Positions 1-8,890 of a DNA stretch of 64,000 nucleotides are shown in pieces; within the stretch, counting starts at the first letter, position 1, and each line of letters opens with the position of its first letter. This DNA is from an uncultured Azospirillaceae bacterium. Lineage in GTDB: Bacteria > Pseudomonadota > Alphaproteobacteria > Rickettsiales > UBA3002. Made by a program: the position numbers and the translations under genes. The stretch spans positions 7-64,006 of the forward strand of contig CAZMBI010000010.1 in NCBI GenBank assembly GCA_964564675.1, read 5' to 3'. The notes beneath the pieces are model-generated. The model had not been told where the DNA came from, made no database searches, and worked only from the letters and a program-made list of their open reading frames with translations.

Positions 1-1099
1 TGCGAAGCGAGTCTCTGTGTTTGACCAGCGCATTAAAATACAAGAAGAAGCTCTGGCGCTTCCTTTATTGCCGACCACCACCATCGGTTCTTTCCCACAG
101 ACGCAGGAAATCCGGGAAATGCGCGCCAAATTCAAAAAGGGTGACATTTCGCAGGAGGACTATGACGCCTTTCTGTCCAGAAGCACAGAGGAGTTAATCG
201 CATGGCAAGATGAGATCGGTATTGATGTGCCGGTGCATGGCGAATATGAGCGTAATGATATGGTGGAATATTTCGGTGAGCAGCTCGAAGGCTATGCGTT
301 CACTCACAATGGCTGGGTGCAAAGCTATGGCTCTCGCTGCGTGAAGCCGCCGATCATTTACGGTGACGTTTCTCGGCCCGAACCCATGACGGTGCGCTGG
401 TCGGCCTACGCGCAAAGCCTAACGAAAAAACCTGTCAAAGGCATGCTTACCGGACCGGTGACGATGCTGCAATGGGCGTTTGTGCGTGACGATCAGCCGC
501 GCTCAGAAACCTGCAAGCAAATTGCACTGGCCATCCGCGATGAGGTAAAAGACTTAGAGAGCGCAGGTATTCATGTTGTTCAGATTGACGAGCCAGCCTT
601 CCGTGAAGGTTTACCGCTTCGTCTATCTGATCGCTCTGATTATCTTGCGTGGGCGGTTGAGTCCTTCCGTATTGCATCATCAGGCATTGAAGATACCACT
701 CAAATTCACACCCATATGTGCTACTCAGAATTCAACGATATCATCGATTCGATTGCTGATCTGGATGCGGATGTCATTTCGATTGAAACCTCCCGCTCAG
801 CGATGGAGCTGCTCGATGCATTCGTGGAGTTCAAATATCCGAACGAAATTGGGCCAGGCGTGTATGACATTCATAGCCCGCGTATTCCAAAAACGCAGGA
901 GATGGAGAAGCTCATGCATAAGGCATTGAAAGTGCTGGATGAGAAGCAGGTCTGGGTCAATCCGGATTGCGGCCTGAAAACCCGTAATTGGAATGAGGTA
1001 AAGCCCGCGCTATCTAATATGGTTCAAGCTGCCCGTAATATTCGCGCTGAAATTGAACTTCGTAAACATAATGTGAAAACGGAGGCTGCCAGTGCATAA
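1..1099 (+). CDS. metE: Cobalamin-independent methionine synthase, C-terminal part (5' end outside window)
   Basis: [28 protein letters not shown], Zn ligand motifs HTHMCYSEF and [11 protein letters not shown]; frame is open to the window edge. Confidence 0.97.
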   Translation, partial: AKRVSVFDQRIKIQEEALALPLLPTTTIGSFPQTQEIREMRAKFKKGDISQEDYDAFLSRSTEELIAWQDEIGIDVPVHGEYERNDMVEYFGEQLEGYAFTHNGWVQSYGSRCVKPPIIYGDVSRPEPMTVRWSAYAQSLTKKPVKGMLTGPVTMLQWAFVRDDQPRSETCKQIALAIRDEVKDLESAGIHVVQIDEPAFREGLPLRLSDRSDYLAWAVESFRIASSGIEDTTQIHTHMCYSEFNDIIDSIADLDADVISIETSRSAMELLDAFVEFKYPNEIGPGVYDIHSPRIPKTQEMEKLMHKALKVLDEKQVWVNPDCGLKTRNWNEVKPALSNMVQAARNIRAEIELRKHNVKTEAASA

Positions 1100-2306
1100 T
1101 CGTCTACCTGTAACCGTATTATCTGGATTTTTGGGTGCGGGTAAGACCACGCTTCTCAATAATGTATTGAACAACCGTGAAGGCAAACGTGTCGCCGTCA
1201 TTGTCAACGACATGAGTGAGGTGAATATCGATGCAACGCTTTTGCGCGATGGCAGCGCGAATTTAAGTCGTACTGAAGAAAAGCTAGTGGAAATGACCAA
1301 TGGCTGTATCTGCTGCACGTTGCGGGAAGATTTGCTCAAGGAGGTGCGAACACTTGCCGAAGATGGTCGGTTTGATTATCTGCTGATAGAATCCACCGGC
1401 ATTTCCGAACCGATGCCAGTGGCGGCCACGTTTGATTTCCGCGATGAAAATGACGAAAGCCTATCTGACGTAGCCGAGTTGGATACCATGGTGACCGTAG
1501 TGGATGCCGCCAACCTGCTGACTGATTACAGTTCGGTGGATTTTCTCAAAGATCGTGGTGAGTCTCTTGGTGATGATGATCAACGCACGCTTGTTGATCT
1601 GTTGGTCGAGCAGATGGAATTTGCCAATGTGATCGTCATCAATAAATGCGATTTGGTAACAAAAGACCAATTGGATATTGTCACCGCGATCGTCAAGGCG
1701 CAGAATCCAGAAGCACGCATCATCTATACCGATCATGGAAAAGTGGCTTTAAGCGACATTATGGGCACTGGCCTGTTTGACTTTGCCAAAGCAGAAACCA
1801 TGGCCGGATGGTATAAAGAACTGATGGGTGAGCATACGCCGGAAACAGAAGAGTATGGTATCAGCAGTTTTGTGTACCGTTCGAACAAACCATTTCACCC
1901 ACAGCGCTTCTATGCGTTTACGCAAAAATCACATCCCGGCGTGATTCGTGCCAAAGGCTTTTTCTGGCTGGCCAGCCGTATGCACTGGGTGGGGGAGCTT
2001 GCAATTGCTGGTGCATTATTACGCCATCAAGCGGCTGGGCGCTGGTGGGCAAACGTCCCGAAAGACCGTTGGCCGCAGGATGAGGTCTGGCGCAAGATGC
2101 TGGATGAAATCTGGAGCGAACCGTTCGGTGACCGCAGACAGGAAATGGTTTTTATTGGCGCGGGTATGGATAAGTCTGCGATTCGTCAGCAACTGGATGC
2201 CTGTCTGCTAACAGATGCAGAGATGCAGCAAGAATGGAAAAGCTGGGAGAAACTACCCGACCCATTCCCTGAGTGGAACATGGAACAGTTACAGAAGGCA
2301 GGCTAG
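1092..2306 (+). CDS. zigA: COG0523 (ZigA/YciC/CobW-type) metal-chaperone GTPase
   Basis: [37 protein letters not shown]-terminal [11 protein letters not shown]; overlaps metE stop. Confidence 0.92.
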   Translation: MHNRLPVTVLSGFLGAGKTTLLNNVLNNREGKRVAVIVNDMSEVNIDATLLRDGSANLSRTEEKLVEMTNGCICCTLREDLLKEVRTLAEDGRFDYLLIESTGISEPMPVAATFDFRDENDESLSDVAELDTMVTVVDAANLLTDYSSVDFLKDRGESLGDDDQRTLVDLLVEQMEFANVIVINKCDLVTKDQLDIVTAIVKAQNPEARIIYTDHGKVALSDIMGTGLFDFAKAETMAGWYKELMGEHTPETEEYGISSFVYRSNKPFHPQRFYAFTQKSHPGVIRAKGFFWLASRMHWVGELAIAGALLRHQAAGRWWANVPKDRWPQDEVWRKMLDEIWSEPFGDRRQEMVFIGAGMDKSAIRQQLDACLLTDAEMQQEWKSWEKLPDPFPEWNMEQLQKAG

Positions 2307-2597
2307 CCTATATAAAGCTGTGCGTCTGCCTCACGTCGTCTTATCAACCCCTTCAGCCTTCGGCCACCAACTCGGACCCAGCGCAGCAACTGTTCTGGCG
2401 CTTCATCATGTTTTTCGCGGTTCACTTTTCGCCAGAGGGTAGAGCGCTGGAGTGCGCCGCTGCCAAGCTTGAAGGTGAATGATACCAGCGCATTAAACTG
2501 GCCATCAGTGCCCGGCACATCAATCAGGCGCAATACGGCACGTTCTGCAACCTGCACATTCTTGATCAACAATGCCTCGCCAGATTCTTCATTGTTA
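2303..2597 (-). pseudogene. C-terminal half of a phage-type GH24 lysozyme/endolysin
   Basis: AERAVLRLIDVP.TDGQFNALVSFTF.LGSGALQRSTL.RKVN...RWV..GGRRLKGLIRRREA; the N-terminal catalytic E/D/T region is absent. Confidence 0.8.
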
Positions 2598-2708
2598 AAT
2601 AAAGATATATATTTACTGTTATATAGCCTACCTTCTTAAAATAGAGAAGGAATTATGAATTATTGTAATTTTTGCTGCTTCGGCTGAAACTATTTGACCT
2701 AAATGCCA

Positions 2709-2724
2709 GTTAATGATAAATTAA
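2709..2724. promoter_or_regulatory. CtrA-box-like motif
   Basis: GTTAA-TGATAAA-TTAA, which reads TTAA-N7-TTAAC on the minus strand, ending 3 nt before ATG 2728; AT-rich context. Confidence 0.45.
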
Positions 2725-2727
2725 TAT

Positions 2728-3744
2728 ATGGTATCTAATAATCATACAGACGCATCTGAATCCGCCGTCAGCGAGCAGGATCGCGAGGCATACTGCGAGT
2801 CTCAAGCGGCTTCAAAAGCACAAGAGGTGGAGCGGCGAGCACTTCGGGTCATGCGTGATCGGCGCCTGGGGCGTCATGAAGAAGATCAGGCATTTTTATC
2901 AGCGCCTGATGGCAAGGGGTATAAAGACCCGGATGTTGGCCAGTTAGAAAGAAGTGTTGTCGGCCCCACTTACTTTGCTTGGACAGACCTCACCCGCAAC
3001 GACACGATCACCAGACAAACCGAACAACAGCTATATGCCAAGTGTCTAGACGATGCGACGCAGGGTGAGATAGCCAGATGGCAAAGAAAGCTTGATCAGC
3101 CGGACACGCTTGACAGTCAGAAGCAACAGGTAGCAGTTGGTCCCGTTGACATATATAATTTAACAACCCCATGGTGGCGCGCATCTCCCGGCGCGTCCGA
3201 ACCACCGTCTCAAGATAAACCGGCAGAACCGATAGAAGCTCCGAAGCAAATAGCACAGCAAACCGGGACAAGGCCATTACCGGCTTTGGAATTGATGGAG
3301 CCGCCTGCCCCTGATAAAGGCACGCAAATGGCACAGCGAGCGGCATTACCGGATTTAGAGCCGATCATCGATGATGAAGGTAATCCGATCTCAACTGAAA
3401 GCGGCCCCGAAAGCGGTCAACAAACCCGCACAGCCGCGGCAGCCGCCCCCGATGAACGGCAATTACAAGCAGGTCAAATCATACGGGAGGGGGTGAATGT
3501 TCCAGACCCCGTCAGGGAGTATGCACGCGAAGCAGGTTTAAGGATTCGCCCGTATCAGGTTTATGAGACCGGAAAACGTGACATTTCATTTAACGGCACG
3601 AGGCGCACCTATCCAATTGGTGAGGAAGGTACGAAAGGGTGGTGCGTGAATGACATTAGGTCAAAGTGGAGTAGCAAAGAGATTGTTCCCTGCGTTCCAG
3701 CGCAAAACTCACGGGTGGCATCAAGCGGCAGCCGCGCCAGGTAA
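2728..3744 (+). CDS. Hypothetical protein (338 aa, hydrophilic, Pro/Gln/Glu-rich centre)
   Basis: Long ORF following an AT-rich intergenic region; no recognisable family. Confidence 0.7.
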   Translation: MVSNNHTDASESAVSEQDREAYCESQAASKAQEVERRALRVMRDRRLGRHEEDQAFLSAPDGKGYKDPDVGQLERSVVGPTYFAWTDLTRNDTITRQTEQQLYAKCLDDATQGEIARWQRKLDQPDTLDSQKQQVAVGPVDIYNLTTPWWRASPGASEPPSQDKPAEPIEAPKQIAQQTGTRPLPALELMEPPAPDKGTQMAQRAALPDLEPIIDDEGNPISTESGPESGQQTRTAAAAAPDERQLQAGQIIREGVNVPDPVREYAREAGLRIRPYQVYETGKRDISFNGTRRTYPIGEEGTKGWCVNDIRSKWSSKEIVPCVPAQNSRVASSGSRAR

Positions 3745-3809
3745 GGCCTGTGATTTTATAACCGCTTGCATGTTTGGCCCGCATTGATCCAGGGCCTGTT
3801 ACGCGCCCG

Positions 3810-4535
3810 TTACATATCCGCTTTGCCGTTGAGCAACGCCTCAACTTCTTCGGGTGAGAGGCCTTCCTGCACTGGCCGGGCTGCTGGCTGCGGCGCGTCC
3901 TGCACCGGAGGCGGCGCTTCCGGCGATGCCTGCGGAGCCGGCTCAGGCGGGGGCGCCATTGGTTCCTCCCGGGCTTCCGGTTTGGCTTCCGGTTTAGCTT
4001 CGGCTTTTGGTTCCGATTTGGGTTCTGGCTTGGTTTGGGCTTTTGGCGGCTGCGCAGGCCGCGGTGCTGGTGCCGGCTGCTGCAACGCCACTTCGGATTT
4101 TGATTCCGCCTGCAAATCGGTAATCATGATTTCTTCAAACGGCACCTCATGCGACTCGCCCTCGCCGGATTCGTCCAGAGCTGCAAACAGCAGGGTTTTC
4201 ATCTCTTCTTCATCGGGCAGTTCTGGATCGGTCTGTACGGCGTCGCTGCCGCCGTCTTCCAGTTGGTCGGGCTTCAATACCAGGTAACGGTAAAACGTCT
4301 CTTGCTCGATTTTAAAGGGCCGGGCGACATCAGCGTTCTGATAGGCTTCATACGCCGAATCCGCTTCCACCAGTTTGAAGTGATCCGGCGAGCTATACAC
4401 GCGATAAAGCGGCTTGTCGCTGAAGGCGAAGCGTTTGTGATGGATGGTCAACGCCGAAAGCGGCGCGTGTTCATCCTGGTGATGCCCGTTCACTCCGTTC
4501 AACTCGTTCAGATTTATGCCGTTGCGTTCTGTCAT
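3810..4535 (-). CDS. Hypothetical protein with acidic/Pro-rich linker and C-terminal LSPEEVEALL helix
   Basis: 241 aa ORF 10 nt downstream of the PAS gene; KPEPKSEPKAEAKPEAKPEA repeats. Confidence 0.75.
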   Translation of the reverse strand: MTERNGINLNELNGVNGHHQDEHAPLSALTIHHKRFAFSDKPLYRVYSSPDHFKLVEADSAYEAYQNADVARPFKIEQETFYRYLVLKPDQLEDGGSDAVQTDPELPDEEEMKTLLFAALDESGEGESHEVPFEEIMITDLQAESKSEVALQQPAPAPRPAQPPKAQTKPEPKSEPKAEAKPEAKPEAREEPMAPPPEPAPQASPEAPPPVQDAPQPAARPVQEGLSPEEVEALLNGKADM

Positions 4536-4545
4536 CGTCGACTCG

Positions 4546-5004
4546 TTAAAAGGCTTTCCATTTCATGCCACCGATAATGAACCCGATATGGTGTTCATCG
4601 CGCCCCAGCGGCATCATGCAGGAGCGAAATTTAATCAGCATATTGTTAATATTAGTAAATTCAGATTCTTCCGTTTCCGGCTGACTTGTTTTAACGATTT
4701 CCTTAAATCGCTTAATCAGCGGCAGGTTGCTCGGATAAACCAGCTTTTCCAGCACCTGCTTGTTGACCAGATCATCGCCATACGCATCAATCAGCGACTG
4801 CCCGAGATAAGTATACTTGAATTCGGAGCCGATGTCATCGACATGATCATCGTCGACGCGGACCAGAAAACAGTTCGGCCATAATTCGGTAATCTCATCG
4901 GGATCAATGTCCGCTTCCAGCGGAAACAAGCGTCCGTTGCGCTTTTGCTCCCAATACTGCATCAATCGCTGGTTGATGCGCTTTTCTTCAGATCGTCCCA
5001 CCAC
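4546..5004 (-). CDS. Stand-alone PAS-like domain protein (PAS_5/DUF1457 type)
   Basis: LMQYWEQKRNGRLFP..ADIDP..I..LWP..FLV; FKYTYLG; MMPLG. Confidence 0.75.
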   Translation of the reverse strand: MVGRSEEKRINQRLMQYWEQKRNGRLFPLEADIDPDEITELWPNCFLVRVDDDHVDDIGSEFKYTYLGQSLIDAYGDDLVNKQVLEKLVYPSNLPLIKRFKEIVKTSQPETEESEFTNINNMLIKFRSCMMPLGRDEHHIGFIIGGMKWKAF

Positions 5005-5040
5005 GGTTTCTCCCTTGTGATGCGCCCTATTATGGTGCGT

Positions 5041-6297
5041 TTATACCTCCGAGGCAAGCACCCGGCCCGCCAGATACAACGATCCGCCGATAAGAATCGT
5101 CCGCGCGCCGGCCGTTGCGGCCGCCTCAACCACCGACAGCAGGGATGCGCATGGCCGCACAGTGATGCCTGCCGCCGAGGCAGCTGCCACCAGCCGGTCC
5201 ACCGGCATAGCCTCAGGCTCGGCCTCAATAGGGACCGCATAAAGCAACCGGCTGACCTCGGCAAGCGGTTTTAAAAAAGCGGCAGCATCTTTGTGCTTGG
5301 TCATACCGCAAATGACGGCCGGTGCGGGCTGCCCGCCCAGCCAGTCGGCCAGCGCCTCGCCGGCGGCCGGATTGTGCCCGCCGTCAAGCCACACGCTCAC
5401 ATGTGCGGGCAGCGCATCGCGCAGCGGCCCTCTGGTGATAGGCTGCAAACGCGCCGGCCAGCGGGCGCTGGCCAGGGCCTGCTGCCAGTTTTCATCGGCA
5501 GCCGTGCTATCCGTGGCCTTAGCCAGCAACTCCCACGCCTTCACGGCGGCGGCGGCATTTACCCACTGATGCGCACCCGGCAGCGACAACTGCGACACTG
5601 TCGCTTGTAATGCCTTAACATCCGCTTCGCTAACCGGATACAGCGGCGTGCCGGTTTCAGCCGCCACGCGCGCGATCACCGCCATCGCCTCCGGGGCTTG
5701 CGGCGCGATCACGGCCGGCACGCCGGGTTTTAAAATCCCTGCTTTTTCATAGGCGATTTTAGCGATGGTATCACCGAGATATTCCGCATGGTCCATCGAA
5801 ACCGGCGTGATGATACTCACCGCCGGCCGATTAATCACGTTGGTCGCGTCAAAGCGACCGCCCATCCCCACTTCGAGCAGGGTGACATCCGCCGGATACG
5901 CCGCAAAGGCGGCAAACGCCGCCGCCGTATTGGCCTCAAAGAAAGTGAGCGGATAGGCTGCCTGACGCGCGATAATTGCCTCGACCAGCGGAATCAGCGC
6001 TTCATCACTGATTTCATCGCCGTCTACGATAATCCGCTCGTTAAACCGTATCAAGTGCGGCGAGGTAAAGATGTGGCAACGCTGACCCTGCGCCTCGCAC
6101 AAGGCGCGCAAAAAGGCGATGGTGGAGCCTTTACCATTGGTACCCGCCACATGCACTACCGGCGGGATGTGCGCCTGCGGCGTGCCCGCCGCCTCAAGAT
6201 AGCGGGCAATGCGCCCGAGCGACAGATCGATGTCCGCCGGGTCGGAATGGGGCAGTTGGGACAGAACAGCGGTTAACGCAGCGCTTTGCTTCATCAC
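5041..6297 (-). CDS. folC: Dihydrofolate/folylpolyglutamate synthase
   Basis: HVAGTNGKGST, FTSPHL, LEVGMGGRFDATN, LDGGHNP, GSLYLAG. Confidence 0.96.
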   Translation of the reverse strand: MMKQSAALTAVLSQLPHSDPADIDLSLGRIARYLEAAGTPQAHIPPVVHVAGTNGKGSTIAFLRALCEAQGQRCHIFTSPHLIRFNERIIVDGDEISDEALIPLVEAIIARQAAYPLTFFEANTAAAFAAFAAYPADVTLLEVGMGGRFDATNVINRPAVSIITPVSMDHAEYLGDTIAKIAYEKAGILKPGVPAVIAPQAPEAMAVIARVAAETGTPLYPVSEADVKALQATVSQLSLPGAHQWVNAAAAVKAWELLAKATDSTAADENWQQALASARWPARLQPITRGPLRDALPAHVSVWLDGGHNPAAGEALADWLGGQPAPAVICGMTKHKDAAAFLKPLAEVSRLLYAVPIEAEPEAMPVDRLVAAASAAGITVRPCASLLSVVEAAATAGARTILIGGSLYLAGRVLASEV

Positions 6298-7073
6298 TCA
6301 AGCCTGTTCAACAGAAGCCGGTGGCGCACCACGTTATGCACGCGCAACCACGGGATATGCCGTTGCGCCAGCAGGCCGGAAACGGCCAGCGTCAACTCAT
6401 CGCGCGCCGCGGCAGGTTTATCCGTAAACAATGACAAAAAGGACTTGCGCGAATGCCCGATCAGCAACGGCAACGGGGCCAGTTCATCAAGCCGGGCCAG
6501 CAGCGCGAGCGATTGCACGGCGCTTTTGCCGAACCCGATACCCGGATCATACACTAAGCGCTCGGGCGCGACGCCATATTCCGCCAGGCGCGCCTGCTGG
6601 CTGCGGAAGAAGGCATCAACCGCCGCCACCGGATCGTCGGTCTCAGGCAGCGTGTCGTTGGGATCGGCCGGTATGGCGCGCGCATGCATGAGCACCAGCT
6701 GACAGGTGCTCTCGGCGACCACGCGGATCATCGCCTCGTCGCGAAACCCGCTGACGTCGTTGATCCAGTCCACACCCAGCGCGAGCGCCCGGGCGGCGCT
6801 TTCGGCGTGGCGCGTATCAAGGCTGACCAGCACGCCCGCCTCCTGGCAACGTGCGACTGCGCGTGCCAGCACCGGCTCCAGCCGGGCCCATTCCTGCTCC
6901 GGCGACAGCGGCGTTGCCCCCGGCCGGGTAGATTCCGCCCCGATATCCACGCCGTCAGCCCCGGCGTCGATCAGCCGTTCCAGCCGTTCAAGCGCCTGTT
7001 CTGGCACGTCTGCCTGCCCGCCATCCGAAAACGAGTCAGGCGTGAGGTTGAGGATACCCAGCAGTTTCGTCAT
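6294..7073 (-). CDS. folP: Dihydropteroate synthase
   Basis: GILNLTPDSFSDGG, DIGAESTRPG, DPGIGFGK, GHSRKSF, RVHNV; start moved to ATG 7073. Confidence 0.95.
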   Translation of the reverse strand: MTKLLGILNLTPDSFSDGGQADVPEQALERLERLIDAGADGVDIGAESTRPGATPLSPEQEWARLEPVLARAVARCQEAGVLVSLDTRHAESAARALALGVDWINDVSGFRDEAMIRVVAESTCQLVLMHARAIPADPNDTLPETDDPVAAVDAFFRSQQARLAEYGVAPERLVYDPGIGFGKSAVQSLALLARLDELAPLPLLIGHSRKSFLSLFTDKPAAARDELTLAVSGLLAQRHIPWLRVHNVVRHRLLLNRLE

Positions 7074-7584
7074 CGTCAGGCCGTCTGATCGCGGTGGTGG
7101 ACTCAAGCGCATCGCATAGCTGCGCGATGGTTTTGCCCTGCGCCGGGCCCGGCGCAGGGTAGCGCCACTCCGGGGCGATATCACGCCAGGGCAAAAGAAC
7201 AAAATCACGCGCCGGCACGCCCGGATGCGGCAATGTCAAAGCGTCGCTGTCCAATACGTGATCGTCATAAGCGAGTATGTCCAGATCAATCGGACGTGGG
7301 GACCAATCGCCTTTGCGCTGGCGGCCGAGGCCATATTCAATCTCGCACGATATGTCCAGCAGGCTGTGTGGCAGCAAACCGGTATGCAGCGCCGCCACCG
7401 CATTTAAAAACGGTTTATCCCATTCGGGCGGGTCGCCTGCGCGCAGCAGGGCCGGGCTTTCATACAGCGGCGACAATGCCACCACCTTCACATCCGGCAA
7501 CGCGCGCAGATGCAAGAGCGCCTGGCCGATCAGCTCCTCACTGTCACCCTGATTGCTGCCCAACCCGATAAATACCACCGCCAT
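7036..7584 (-). CDS. folK: 6-hydroxymethyl-7,8-dihydropterin pyrophosphokinase
   Basis: IGLGSNQGD, FLNAV, WSPRPIDLDIL, LTLPHP, RDFVLLP. Confidence 0.95.
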   Translation of the reverse strand: MAVVFIGLGSNQGDSEELIGQALLHLRALPDVKVVALSPLYESPALLRAGDPPEWDKPFLNAVAALHTGLLPHSLLDISCEIEYGLGRQRKGDWSPRPIDLDILAYDDHVLDSDALTLPHPGVPARDFVLLPWRDIAPEWRYPAPGPAQGKTIAQLCDALESTTAIRRPDDDETAGYPQPHA

Positions 7585-7589
7585 AATGC

Positions 7590-8003
7590 CTACCCATTCT
7601 CCGCTTGCGGCAGGTCGGAATAGATGAACGACGCGCCGCCCGATAAAGCAGGCACCGGCGAGGCGATTTTATGCAGGCGCACGCGAATTTTAATGGCCTG
7701 CGCACGGTCTGCGTCAAAACACTCCGCCAGATACTCGCGCGTCTGAATATAAAGCTGATGCGTGAGATATTCGATCAAATGAAACGATTTGCCTTTAACA
7801 AAACGGATGAGCGCGTCGCTTAACGTCCCATAGCAGATATACTGCTCGCTGTGATCATTTTCGACGCATTCAGGCAGTGCGGGCAGGAAAAAATGGATAT
7901 CCACCTCCACCGTCTGCGGTTGCGCGCTTTCATCTTCGGGAACGCCCAGATGCACGCACAGGCGTAACCGATTTAGTTGCAATGTGGCCGGATAATACGT
8001 CAT
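7590..8003 (-). CDS. folB: Dihydroneopterin aldolase
   Basis: VHLGV..DE...PQTVEVDI, Y.TL, HLIEYL, RLHK; first gene of the fol operon. Confidence 0.8.
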   Translation of the reverse strand: MTYYPATLQLNRLRLCVHLGVPEDESAQPQTVEVDIHFFLPALPECVENDHSEQYICYGTLSDALIRFVKGKSFHLIEYLTHQLYIQTREYLAECFDADRAQAIKIRVRLHKIASPVPALSGGASFIYSDLPQAENG

Positions 8004-8056
8004 GATCTGAATTTCCTAGTGGTTTGGGGCATCTCGGCTTATAAAGCAAGTCAATT

Positions 8057-8890
8057 ATGTCTGATACGGTTTATGTCAACGGCGAATGGGTGCCAGCCGG
8101 CGAGGCGACAGTCCCTGTGGCCGATCGCGGGTTTCGTTTCGGTGACGGCGTGTTCGAGACCATCGCCGTGCATCACGGCCGCCTCTATCAGGGCGCGTGG
8201 CACCTTGCCCGTCTGCGCGAGGGCCTGCAGGCGCTTGCCATCGACCCGCCGGAGGTGGCGTGGGACAGGCTGTTGCAGGAACTCATCACCCGCAATGATC
8301 TGTCAGAGGGGTTTATCCGGCTGGCCGTCAGCCGCGGCGTGGGCAGCCGGGGTTATCTGCCGGCGGCAGGTATCCGGGCGAGCCTCATCATCGAGCCGCT
8401 GCCGGCGGTCCCGCCGCCTTGCGCACCGGCCACCCTGTGGCTGGGCACCTATCGCCGCCCCTCGCCGGCGGCCTTTCCCACCCATGTCAAATCGAGCCAG
8501 GGGCTGACCAGCACGCTGGGCTTGCTGGAAGCACACGCCAGGCAATGCGATGAGGGACTGCTGCTTGATGACGCCGGTCATCTCTGTGAGGCCACCAGCG
8601 CCAACCTGTTCTGGCTGGCCGATGCCACCATTTATACCCCGGGCCTGTCCACCGGCTGCGTTATGGGCAGCACCCGCGCGGCGATTATGCGGCTGGCGCC
8701 GGTGCGCGAAGTACAGGCGCCGCTTGCGGCCCTGCAGGCCGCGGAATGTGTCTGGCTGAGCAATTGCCGGGTGGGCCTGTGGCCGGTGCAGGCGCTGCAA
8801 CCGCAGGGGTGGCGCTGGCCGCCCACACACCCACGTCTGCAGGCCCTGCAGGCGCATTATGCCGATGATATCGCCCGGGAGTGCGCATGA
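8057..8890 (+). CDS. pabC: Class IV aminotransferase, probably 4-amino-4-deoxychorismate lyase
   Basis: DRGFRFGDGVFET, HLARL, EATSANLF, TR; ATGA overlap with pabB. Confidence 0.8.
   Translation: MSDTVYVNGEWVPAGEATVPVADRGFRFGDGVFETIAVHHGRLYQGAWHLARLREGLQALAIDPPEVAWDRLLQELITRNDLSEGFIRLAVSRGVGSRGYLPAAGIRASLIIEPLPAVPPPCAPATLWLGTYRRPSPAAFPTHVKSSQGLTSTLGLLEAHARQCDEGLLLDDAGHLCEATSANLFWLADATIYTPGLSTGCVMGSTRAAIMRLAPVREVQAPLAALQAAECVWLSNCRVGLWPVQALQPQGWRWPPTHPRLQALQAHYADDIARECA

Noticed and set aside
3960..4040. 12-nt tandem repeats as a DNA element
   Set aside because: Explained by the coding KPE(A/P) linker repeats of the 3810-4535 protein.
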